Below, in pieces: positions 1 to 8,724 of a stretch of 64,000 nt of DNA. The translations under genes were made by a program, and so were the position numbers. Origin of the DNA: Alkalispirochaeta sp. (GTDB lineage Bacteria > Spirochaetota > Spirochaetia > DSM-27196 > Alkalispirochaetaceae); contig OZ271854.1 in the NCBI GenBank assembly GCA_965601925.1, forward strand, positions 1,344,001 to 1,408,000, read 5' to 3'. The notes below the pieces were generated by a model. It did not search any database. It was given only the letters and a program-made list of their open reading frames with translations, and was not told where the DNA came from. The first letter of the stretch is position 1, and every line of letters begins with the position of its first letter.

Positions 1-3000
1 GCATCGCCGCGCGCTCCTCGGCGATGAGGTCCCCGTAGCGCTGGTCCCGACTCGCGTCGGTCACGCGCTCGGCGTGCTCTTCCACCAAACGCAGGACGGT
101 GCGCGCTCGTTCCAACTCCTCGCTCCGCCGCAGCACCACCGCCGCCGGGTCGATCTCGTCGGTCAGATACCCGGTGCGCGCGTAGTCCATGATCTCCTCG
201 GCCTCTTGTAGCTCGCGACGCGCCGCGGTATACGCGCCCCGCGCCGTATCCACTCCGCTCGCCGCCGCCTCATAGTCCGTCACCGCCTCGTCAAAGGCGC
301 GAATCGCCTCCTCGTACTCCCGTCGGGCGTCGTCCACCCTCCCGCGCTGCGTCTTGATATCTTCCTTCAGCGGGGCGATCGTGTCGCGAGCAAAGCGGTC
401 GGCATCCGCCTCAAAGTCCGCTTGCGTCGCCCGCGCCGCATCCAGGTCACCCAGCGTCCCCAGATAGGTCGACTCGGCACCCAGAAAGGTCGTCCGGGCG
501 CCGGATCGTGCGCTCCCCGCCGCCCCGTCGGTCACCAGCTCCACGATCTCGTCGCGGCTGCTCGTCGTCAACGCCGCGATCGCCGCGCCGATCAGCCCCT
601 TGATCGGCGCGCTCGCGATCCCCCCGGTTATCGTACCGCCGGTCAAGGTGTGATAGCTCGTGTCACCCGCCTCGTCCACCAGATGTCGCAACCACGCCGC
701 CCCGGCGTTGGCTTTCGTCAGATGCTCGTACTCACTCCGCAGGGCGCCGACACCCGCGTCGTCGGCACTCCCGCCGACCGCGGCCGCCGCCGCATCGCGA
801 TCCTCCGCACTCGCATCCGGGTCTTCCAACACCTCCAACGCCGCGGCCAACACCTCGGCGCGCTCCCGATTCTCCAGGGGACCCACGAACGACACCGACC
901 CACCCAGCTCCGCGATCCGCGCCCGCGTGTACACCGTCACCAGGTCCGCCACCGCCGTGGGAATGTCGTCCATCGCCACCAGCTCTTCGTAGATATCCCG
1001 CAACGTCGCAATGGAGGGGGGAGCGCCGTCCGCGGTGATCGGCGCCACGATCGCCGTTACCGTCGCCGCGTAGGCGGCCATTCGCGTCCCGATCGTGGTG
1101 ATCGAGACCTCCCGATACGCCTCCCACGCGTCCCGTAACGCCTCGGCGTCGGCGAGTGCCGTCACCTCGTCGCGGAGCAGATCGTCCACGAGTCCCGCGT
1201 AGTCGACGCCGAAGTCCGTATCCCGCTCTCCGGTCTCAAAGACGATCCGCGCCGCTCCCGCCGCATCGCTCCCGTCCAACAGTGCATCCATGTCGATCGT
1301 CACCAGAGCCGGGTCAAAGACCACATACGCCACCCCCGGCGGCGGCGTGCCCGCTCCCGTGTCGTCGGTCAGGATATAGACCGTGCCGATCGCCGGATTC
1401 GCGGGGATCTCGCTCGCATCGGCCACCGTCACCACCGTCGGCTCCGTCGGCGCACTCAGGCCCGCGTCCACGGCCGCCGTCACCGCCGCCGCGTAGGCGC
1501 TCGTCACCGCCGTATCTCGCGCCGCCTCGATCGCCACGGCCTCCGCCGCCACCAAGGTGTCGTAGTGTCCTTGGATCGCGTCGCGCGCCGCCTCTCGCGC
1601 CGCGTCCAGAGCCGTGTGGGCCGTCGTCACCGCCATGGCATGGCCGTCCCCGATCACCGCGATCTCATCCGTGCTCGCCCATCCCGCCTCGTCGGTCACC
1701 ACCGTGCCGCGCAATACGCGGATCGCGTACTCGCTCCGCGCCACATCCCGTGCCGCCGCCGCGGTCGCATCCGCCAGCAGCCGTTCCGCCGCCAGCTCGC
1801 GCAGCCGTCGCTCCGGTGTACCCGCACCCACCGCCGTCGCCGCATCGATCGCCGCCACCAGGTCCGCATATCGTCCCGTCTCGATATCGAGTCCCGCCGC
1901 CGCCAAGGTCAGCCCCAGCTCCTCGGCGTCCACCGTCGCCCAATCGATCGCGAGCCCCGCGAGTACATCTCGGTGCGCGATCAGCGTCGGAAGGTCGACG
2001 TACTCGTCGCTCTCCGCATCGTCGCTCCCGGCAAGGTCATGGGCGATCGAGAGCGCGTCCTCCCACGCCGTCGCCACATGCGCATCCGCGTCGGCTCTCG
2101 CATACGCCTCCGCATTCGCCGCACGCCCTTCGCCGGCGTGCGTCGTAACGTGATCGGAGAGGGTGCGAATCAACGTGTCGTAGACGCTCGCGTCGTTTAA
2201 CCGCTGCACCTCTTCCGCCGCCGCAAGCTCCGCGGTAATCCGTCGCAGCTCCGCCTCCTCGATCGAGAGCGCCGCCTGCCGGTCCGCCAACGCCGCCTGG
2301 GCGTCGGGTAACAGCGTCCGCGTCATCGTCTCCAAGGTCGCGATCGCCTCGGCAAACGCCGCCTCCGCCGCCTCGAACGCCGCCCGCTCCACAGCATAGC
2401 GCGCCTCGGTCTCGGCCAACGTCGCGCGGTCCGAGGAGGTATCCGCCGCGTATGCGGCCACCGCCTCGGCAATGGCGTGCTGATCCTCCAGCGCGGCGAC
2501 CATGCCCGCCAGTCGCGCCGCCTCCACCTCGCCGGAGCTCAACGCCGCCCCGTAGGTGTCCAGCTCGCCGAACATCCCGTACAGACTCGCCTGGGCGCCG
2601 TCGCGCATCGCCTCGAAGTCCGCCAACACTCCGCCGGTCCCGTCCGCGCCGTGCCAATAGACCAGCTCCTCGTTCACCTCCGCCAACGATGCGGCGATCG
2701 AGGACAGCTGGTTGTTCGCCAACGCGATTTCCATCGTGAGTCTCGCCATCGGCGACTCGTGATCGTGATGAGTGATACCTAAATGGTTCTGGAGCCACGG
2801 CACCCATCTGGCGGTGCGCTCATTGACGTATCCTTGCAACCGTCGATCACGGTCCGAACTTCTTTCCGTGATGGTGCGTGAGTCCTCGGCTCCTTCAACC
2901 TCTCTCGTCTGCCGTTCCAGGAGTTTCGGATCGAGTCCGTCGGCGGCCAGAAATGTCTGTACAAGATTCATATTCGATTCATGACCGCCATTCAAAAACG

Positions 3001-4297
3001 CCGCATATCTCGCAGGCGGCAATGCGGCTTGGTCGGCGTTTCGTTGCAAGAGGTACTCCGCTTGGTCCGCCTCCAGCGTCTCTTTCATTCCTTCCAGGGC
3101 GGCGATGTTCTCTTTCGCCATCGCCACCACGTCGGCCGCCTGGCGATACACCGCCAGATACGCCTCGCTCTCCGATCGGATCTTCGCCTGTTCTTCCGCC
3201 GCCGCACGGGCAAGCTCCGCCATCGTCTCGTCAAACGAGTCCCGAAACGCCGTCGTCGTCTCCTCCCACGCCGCCGCACCTACCGCCAGCACGTCCTGCA
3301 TCTCTCCGATCCACGCGCTCCGCGACGCCTCGAACGATCGTAACGCCTCGTCCCACGCCGCCTCCGCCTCGCGATACTGCTCCTGCGCCTCCGACTCCCA
3401 CGCCATCCGTTCGGCGATAAATCGCTCTTCCGCACCGTTCCACGCGCTCAATCCCCGCGCAAACTCCGCCTCAAAGCTCTCCTGCCACGCCTCCGCCTCT
3501 ATCCGCGCCTCGCCCACATCCGCGTCACCCTCCGGTACCAACGCCGCCAGATGCGCACTCACCTCGTCCAACCTCACCTGCGTGTCGCGAATCAACCGCC
3601 CCGCCGTCGACCGCGCCGTCTCCTCCTCCGCCTGCCGCCGCATGCTGTAGCTGTCCTGTAACCGCCCCTGCGCCAGCCGCCGGCTCGATCGTATCACCTG
3701 CGACCGAAACTCCCGCTCGATATGCGCCTTGTACTCGCCCACCGATACCGCCAGCTCGCTCGCCACCGTCTCCCGCACCGCGCCCTCAAACGTTCCCAAC
3801 ACCTCCGTCGCCGTCGCCTCCGCGCTCGCTTCCCACGCCGTGTACAACGCCGCAAACGCATCCTCGACCTCCGCCTCCCACGCCGCTTCGGCCGCCTCGT
3901 ATCCCTCCGCACCCTGCAGGATCACATCCCCCGCCTCGTCGAAGGTGTACTCACCCCCGCCGTCGGTCTCGTACAGATACCGCCGATTCGCCGCATCGAT
4001 CGCGCGCCGCAGCCCCGCCGCGTCGAACCGCGCCACCGACCGCTCCCATTCCGCCTCGACCACCCGGCCCAGACTCGCCGCCCACCGGTCGCCCAAGGCC
4101 GCCGTCTCCCACTCGTCCAGTCCCCCCAGGCCGATCCCCGTCACCGCCTCCCATTCCGCGATGCTCCCGCTGCGACTCGCCCGCTCGTACACACCCTCGC
4201 CGACGACGTGATCGCCCGTCTCAACGTCGTCCGGCATCTGCCCGACGACCGTTCCCGTGCATGCCGCGATCAGTACTGCGATTCCTATTCGTCTCAT
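1..4297 (-). CDS. Giant exported coiled-coil protein of unknown function, 3' end outside the window (at least 1432 aa)
   Basis: Not in the ORF track because it has no stop in the window. Manual translation: AGAGAGGA RBS, ATG 4297, MRRIGIAVLIAACTGTVVGQMPDD...WQESFEAEFARGLSAWNGAEERFIAERMAWESEAQEQYREAEAAWDEA...DLIAEERAAM at position 2. Frame read or spot-checked along its length with no stop found; strong GCG/GAG codon bias. Confidence 0.9.
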   Translation of the reverse strand, partial: MRRIGIAVLIAACTGTVVGQMPDDVETGDHVVGEGVYERASRSGSIAEWEAVTGIGLGGLDEWETAALGDRWAASLGRVVEAEWERSVARFDAAGLRRAIDAANRRYLYETDGGGEYTFDEAGDVILQGAEGYEAAEAAWEAEVEDAFAALYTAWEASAEATATEVLGTFEGAVRETVASELAVSVGEYKAHIEREFRSQVIRSSRRLAQGRLQDSYSMRRQAEEETARSTAGRLIRDTQVRLDEVSAHLAALVPEGDADVGEARIEAEAWQESFEAEFARGLSAWNGAEERFIAERMAWESEAQEQYREAEAAWDEALRSFEASRSAWIGEMQDVLAVGAAAWEETTTAFRDSFDETMAELARAAAEEQAKIRSESEAYLAVYRQAADVVAMAKENIAALEGMKETLEADQAEYLLQRNADQAALPPARYAAFLNGGHESNMNLVQTFLAADGLDPKLLERQTREVEGAEDSRTITERSSDRDRRLQGYVNERTARWVPWLQNHLGITHHDHESPMARLTMEIALANNQLSSIAASLAEVNEELVYWHGADGTGGVLADFEAMRDGAQASLYGMFGELDTYGAALSSGEVEAARLAGMVAALEDQHAIAEAVAAYAADTSSDRATLAETEARYAVERAAFEAAEAAFAEAIATLETMTRTLLPDAQAALADRQAALSIEEAELRRITAELAAAEEVQRLNDASVYDTLIRTLSDHVTTHAGEGRAANAEAYARADADAHVATAWEDALSIAHDLAGSDDAESDEYVDLPTLIAHRDVLAGLAIDWATVDAEELGLTLAAAGLDIETGRYADLVAAIDAATAVGAGTPERRLRELAAERLLADATAAAARDVARSEYAIRVLRGTVVTDEAGWASTDEIAVIGDGHAMAVTTAHTALDAAREAARDAIQGHYDTLVAAEAVAIEAARDTAVTSAYAAAVTAAVDAGLSAPTEPTVVTVADASEIPANPAIGTVYILTDDTGAGTPPPGVAYVVFDPALVTIDMDALLDGSDAAGAARIVFETGERDTDFGVDYAGLVDDLLRDEVTALADAEALRDAWEAYREVSITTIGTRMAAYAATVTAIVAPITADGAPPSIATLRDIYEELVAMDDIPTAVADLVTVYTRARIAELGGSVSFVGPLENRERAEVLAAALEVLEDPDASAEDRDAAAAAVGGSADDAGVGALRSEYEHLTKANAGAAWLRHLVDEAGDTSYHTLTGGTITGGIASAPIKGLIGAAIAALTTSSRDEIVELVTDGAAGSARSGARTTFLGAESTYLGTLGDLDAARATQADFEADADRFARDTIAPLKEDIKTQRGRVDDARREYEEAIRAFDEAVTDYEAAASGVDTARGAYTAARRELQEAEEIMDYARTGYLTDEIDPAAVVLRRSEELERARTVLRLVEEHAERVTDASRDQRYGDLIAEERAAM

Positions 4298-4519
4298 CTT
4301 CGTCCTCTCTCTATCGCTCGTCGTCGTCTCGGCCGACCCGCCGCCTCGCATGCGCCCGTTGTGCACCGCGATCGAACGCACCCTCCGCCCACGCCGCACC
4401 GGCGTCGCGCGAAGCATGCGTCCGTCGAAATCCTGGGATCACTCGAGATGGCCGTATCTCCCTCATGAACACACAACACGATACGGTCTCTCGGACCGCG
4501 GCGCTTCATATACGGAGAT

Positions 4520-4800
4520 ATCGCTGTGTTTGACTTGCTTTCACTATATCATAGTGCGCATGTGAATAAAAGGAATATCAACACAATACGTAATGATTCT
4601 TCAATGTTTATCAAATAATATTAATTATATTGGAATAAAGGTATTCTTTTGATCGAACCAAAGGCGGAATACACAGCGTCTTGAGATGGCAAACGGATTG
4701 AGACTCCATGTATTCACATTATGGGATATCATGCTATAAATATCACTGAAGTGACATTGATGCGAGAATACGGATGTCACTTTTTGGTTTATCCAATACT
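4520..4800. promoter_or_regulatory. AT-rich divergent promoter region between the giant gene and the TolC/RND operon
   Basis: Abrupt AT-rich tract (e.g. TTTATCAAATAATATTAATTATATTGGAATAAA) in a GC-rich context, between divergent starts; individual -35/-10 boxes not resolved. Confidence 0.6.
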
Positions 4801-4813
4801 GGTGACCGCGGAC

Positions 4814-5476
4814 GTGAAACACAATCGATACAAGATATACACCGTCGTGACGGCATTCCTTTTTCTCTTGGTAGCGTGTAACCGAGCATCGGATCGCCCC
4901 GAGGCGGTATTGACGACGTATTTGCAGGCCCGATCCGCCTACGTAGCGGGCAACCTCGACGAGGCGACGCGGCGCGTAACGTCGATACTGTCACAGAGTC
5001 CCGATCACGTGCCGTCTCTCGTACTTGCCGGGAGAATCGCTTTTTTTGCGGACGACGTGACCTCCGCCCGGGATTATCTCCAACAGGCTCTGGCCGCGGA
5101 TCCGTACCACGTCGACGCGGCGTGGTGGCTTTCGGAGATATATCTCTCCGAGGGGCGGTTCGAGGAGGCGCGCCCGGTGGTCGAGAATGCATTACTCTCC
5201 GCCTCGGAGGATCCCCGCCTCTTGATTCAACTCGCGCGAATCGACGAGGAGTCCGGCGAGCTGTCGCGAGCGATCGAGTTGTACGAGCGTGCACTATTAT
5301 TTTCCGACCAGCTGGGGTACGGAGCGTTACGTCTCGGTGATCTATACCGACGAGAGGGGTTCGGCGAACGCGCTGCACACTCGTACGAGCACGCAGCACG
5401 CTTACTGTCGGAGAATAGTTCGCTCGCGGCGCTGGCTCGCTCTCGCATACGGGCCACTGCGGGAGGTGATCAATAA
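4814..5476 (+). CDS. Tetratricopeptide-repeat lipoprotein
   Basis: Start reassigned to GTG 4814 (MKHNRYKIYTVVTAFLFLLVA-C lipobox); several TPR-like helix pairs (ARDYLQQALAADPYHVDAAWWLSEIY, AIELYERAL); stop overlaps next ATG (TAATG). Confidence 0.8.
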   Translation: MKHNRYKIYTVVTAFLFLLVACNRASDRPEAVLTTYLQARSAYVAGNLDEATRRVTSILSQSPDHVPSLVLAGRIAFFADDVTSARDYLQQALAADPYHVDAAWWLSEIYLSEGRFEEARPVVENALLSASEDPRLLIQLARIDEESGELSRAIELYERALLFSDQLGYGALRLGDLYRREGFGERAAHSYEHAARLLSENSSLAALARSRIRATAGGDQ

Positions 5477-5958
5477 TGCATACGAAGGCACGGTGCATAC
5501 TCGGCCTCGTAACGGTCTTGGTGTTAAGCGGTTGCCGCATACTACAACCGAACATCGTCGAGGCGGGATTTCGCGATCCGGTCATTGTCGAGCAATTGGA
5601 CGCAATCCGCGTCGAGCCTCGGCGCATCGATATTCACGGGTTCGTCGGCGACGAGACCATGCGGGACCATAGTCAGGTAATTATCGATCAACTCGTGCGC
5701 AACGCGAATGTGGAGGCACCGGAGAGCCCGGTCGCCATCGTCGACGCGGTGTTGCGCCAGGATCGTTACGTACGAGAATATCGCGAACGGTTTGCAGTGA
5801 CCGTGGAGTTATCGGTCTACTTAGACGAAGACTCGGCGACACCCGCTGCGACGATGATTCGCACCATCGATACCGATACGCCGGCACGATCCTATCGCTT
5901 TTTGTATCGGCAGTACGAGCATGCGTTTGGCGCACTGTTTGGCCGGCGAGTACGGTAA
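5476..5958 (+). CDS. Small lipoprotein of unknown function
   Basis: Signal peptide with lipobox LVLSG-C; overlaps both neighbours. Confidence 0.75.
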   Translation: MHTKARCILGLVTVLVLSGCRILQPNIVEAGFRDPVIVEQLDAIRVEPRRIDIHGFVGDETMRDHSQVIIDQLVRNANVEAPESPVAIVDAVLRQDRYVREYRERFAVTVELSVYLDEDSATPAATMIRTIDTDTPARSYRFLYRQYEHAFGALFGRRVR

Positions 5959-7357
5959 GTTAGCCGTCGTCGGCCTCTTTGTCGTGTGCGGCGTGGTTTC
6001 TCATTCCGTCGACGCACAATCGCAGCCGCTGCAAATTCTCACGGTAGACGATGCAATCGATCGCGCGCTCGCCGAGAGTAGCGATCTCCAACTCGCGCGT
6101 CTGACTACATCGCTCAGCGCCGATGCGGTTAGACGCGACGTACTGTCGATTCTTCCCACGATCGAGGTCTCGTATCTCGATTCACGATCGGTGACGGAGG
6201 CGGGGCCGGACACATATCAACGAACGCTTTCGGTCGGTGTCGATCAGATCATCTACGACAATCGTACCTACATCAACCAACGACGATTTTCGCGCGCCGA
6301 CCTTAGTCTGGCGACGCGTGCGTTGACCAACGACGAAAACGCACTCGCCATTCAAGTATTGGAACAGGTGATCGCCTCGGTGCGGCTTCGCCGGGAAATC
6401 GCGATCGAACGCGTCATCCTGGAGAACCTGTACGACCAACTACGAATCGCAACCGAGGAACGTCGTCTGGGAATCATCACCGAGCTGGACAGACTGGATG
6501 TGGCGATCCGCGTCGCCGAGTTCGAACAGAGCCTGACACTTCGCGAGCTTGAGCGCGACGAGACCCGCTTCGCCCTCAATCAACTCCTGGGGTATCCCCC
6601 GCGAACCGAGGTCGCGTTTACCGAAGATATCGACGAAGGATTCTCCGGCTTCCTCGACAATCTCGATCCTCAGTGGTATCTGGAACAGGCGACGGTAAAC
6701 AATCTCGATCTGGCGAGGAGCCGTTTGGCGTTGGAGCAGCAAGGCGCCGAGATAAGTGCGCTGCGTCGCCGCTGGATCCCGCTTATCTCGGCGGGTGCCG
6801 ACGTGAGTTTCAGCGGGGATGAGCTGCCGCTCACCGATCCCGGATACTCGGTCGACGTTACGTTGCGCTGGGACCTTCCGCTGGCGCCGAGCGACATCGA
6901 TCTCTCGGCCGGACGGCAGGCGCCCCGAACCCGAAATGCGAGTGCCGGCGTCACAACTACCGTGAACGGCACCGGCGACGACCTCGCGAGCGCCCGCGCG
7001 GTCAGAATCGAGGCTCTGCGTACGCGCACGCAAATCGACGCCTCCGAAGAGGCGCTCGACTTCCAGATAGAGCGTTCGATTCGCCAGATCGAGGGTAGTC
7101 GCGTCCTTCTGGAATCCTTGCGAGAGCGTCTCAATCTCGAGTCACAGCGTCTTGAGGTATCCGAGCTTCTATTGGACTTGGGGCGACTCACGCGGGTCGA
7201 CTACGTCGATGCGATCGTATCCCGGGCGGAGCTCGAGTTGAGCCTCGTCGACAGCCTCGTCGAACTATTTCTCCAGGAGACGGCGTTGCTGCAACTGGCC
7301 GGAGTAGCAATATCGCCGTCTCAATATCGCCGTCTGATTCGGAGTATCGAAGAATGA
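5921..7357 (+). CDS. TolC-family outer membrane channel
   Basis: Signal peptide; LTVDDAIDRALAESSDL start of mature protein; two OEP-like repeats (RRLGIITELDRLD and LDLGRLTRVDYVD); adjacent adaptor and RND genes. Confidence 0.85.
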   Translation: MRLAHCLAGEYGKLAVVGLFVVCGVVSHSVDAQSQPLQILTVDDAIDRALAESSDLQLARLTTSLSADAVRRDVLSILPTIEVSYLDSRSVTEAGPDTYQRTLSVGVDQIIYDNRTYINQRRFSRADLSLATRALTNDENALAIQVLEQVIASVRLRREIAIERVILENLYDQLRIATEERRLGIITELDRLDVAIRVAEFEQSLTLRELERDETRFALNQLLGYPPRTEVAFTEDIDEGFSGFLDNLDPQWYLEQATVNNLDLARSRLALEQQGAEISALRRRWIPLISAGADVSFSGDELPLTDPGYSVDVTLRWDLPLAPSDIDLSAGRQAPRTRNASAGVTTTVNGTGDDLASARAVRIEALRTRTQIDASEEALDFQIERSIRQIEGSRVLLESLRERLNLESQRLEVSELLLDLGRLTRVDYVDAIVSRAELELSLVDSLVELFLQETALLQLAGVAISPSQYRRLIRSIEE

Positions 7358-8724
7358 GTATCCCACGAGTCCGTCTATGGCGACTGCCGGTGGTCGCCGT
7401 CTGCGCTACTCTGCTTTCCTGCGCCCAAACTCAGGACGAGCCGGTAGCCGTCGAAGCGCGTGAGAACCTCCCTCGCGTACGAGTGATCACCGTCACCGAG
7501 CGTCGTTTCAGCAATGAGTTCCGCGGATTCGGTACCATAGCCCAGCGACGATCCACGGACATAACCGGTGAAGTCGAGGGGCAGATCCTCCGCATGTTCG
7601 TCGACGAAGGGAGCCGCGTAGCGATCGGTACGCCGATCGCCCGCATCGACGACTTCCAGCTGCGGGTGTCGCTGGATCAGGCGAATGCGGAGTTGGAGTC
7701 GGCGTCCGCACAACTGGCGCTTGCCGAGCAGCGCATCGCCGACGGACGACGCGCCGTCGAGGCGGAGCTCATCGCGATCGATAAGGCCCGCGAATCGATG
7801 CACGAGCAGGAAGCGCGCTTGGAGCGGTCTCGCGAACGGCTGGCCGACCAGGATCAGCTGCTGGTAGTCGGAGGAACGACCGAGGAGGCCTACACCGAGG
7901 CGCAGAGCTCGGTTCGCAGCGCCGAGGCGCAGCTCCGGCAGGCCGAGCTCGATGTGGCGCTTCAGCGAATCGGCTATCGCGATCGCGACATCCGAGCGGC
8001 GGGGCGAGTCGTCCCGAGCGACGAGGCGGAGCGAATCGAGGCGCTGATAGAGATCAACACCGCGTCGTTGGTGGCCGAGCGGTTGGTTGCCGAGGCGCGA
8101 ACATCGGTGAACGAGGCCGAAATACGGCGCATAGAGGCGTTTTTGGATCGGACGATCGTGCGTTCTCCGGTTGCGGGTCTGGTCGCGGTGCGCCACGTGG
8201 AGGAGGGCGAGCAAGTCGACTCGCGCACGCCGCTGGTGACGATCTTCAATATCGAGGATGTGTACGTAATGGTGGATCTACCGGAGCGCGATATCGGGAC
8301 GGTCTCAATCGGACAGTCGGCGGTCGTGCGCCATTCCGATCGCGATCTCGAGCGAGCCGGTGTGGTCTCTCTCATCACCCCCTTCGTTGCACCCGATACG
8401 CGCACCGTCACCGTTCGCCTTCTGATGGAAAACGCAGACGGCGCGTTTGTCCCCGGAATGTTCGTCGAGACGGTCATCGAACGCGGAGGCACCTTTTCGA
8501 CGACCGCCGTCCCCTCGGGCGCGGTAGTCGACGAAGGCGCGGAGGGCCCGCGTGTGTTCGTCGTGCGGTCCGTAGCGGTATTCGCCCAGCCGGTAGAGGT
8601 CGGTGCGGTCGAGGACGGATGGCGTGCGGTCCTCGACGGCTTGGAACCGGGCGATCGCGTCGTCGAGGACGCGGGTACCGGATTCCGCGACGGCACGAGG
8701 ATTACCCCGATCGAAGAGCGATGA
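7354..8724 (+). CDS. RND periplasmic adaptor (membrane fusion protein) with an extended coiled coil
   Basis: Lipobox LLS-C; split lipoyl motifs GEVEGQILRMFVDEGSRV and IVRSPVAGLVAVRHVEEGEQV; DTRTVTVR, PGMFV and GLEPGDRVV motifs. Confidence 0.9.
   Translation: MSIPRVRLWRLPVVAVCATLLSCAQTQDEPVAVEARENLPRVRVITVTERRFSNEFRGFGTIAQRRSTDITGEVEGQILRMFVDEGSRVAIGTPIARIDDFQLRVSLDQANAELESASAQLALAEQRIADGRRAVEAELIAIDKARESMHEQEARLERSRERLADQDQLLVVGGTTEEAYTEAQSSVRSAEAQLRQAELDVALQRIGYRDRDIRAAGRVVPSDEAERIEALIEINTASLVAERLVAEARTSVNEAEIRRIEAFLDRTIVRSPVAGLVAVRHVEEGEQVDSRTPLVTIFNIEDVYVMVDLPERDIGTVSIGQSAVVRHSDRDLERAGVVSLITPFVAPDTRTVTVRLLMENADGAFVPGMFVETVIERGGTFSTTAVPSGAVVDEGAEGPRVFVVRSVAVFAQPVEVGAVEDGWRAVLDGLEPGDRVVEDAGTGFRDGTRITPIEER

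Noticed and set aside
422..4468. Plus-strand Arg/Pro-rich ORFs in the track (422-1138, 1156-2148, 1565-2200, 2981-3343, 3722-4468)
   Set aside because: Antisense shadows of the giant minus-strand gene; most are exactly in register with it, and they have low-complexity composition and no RBS or motifs.
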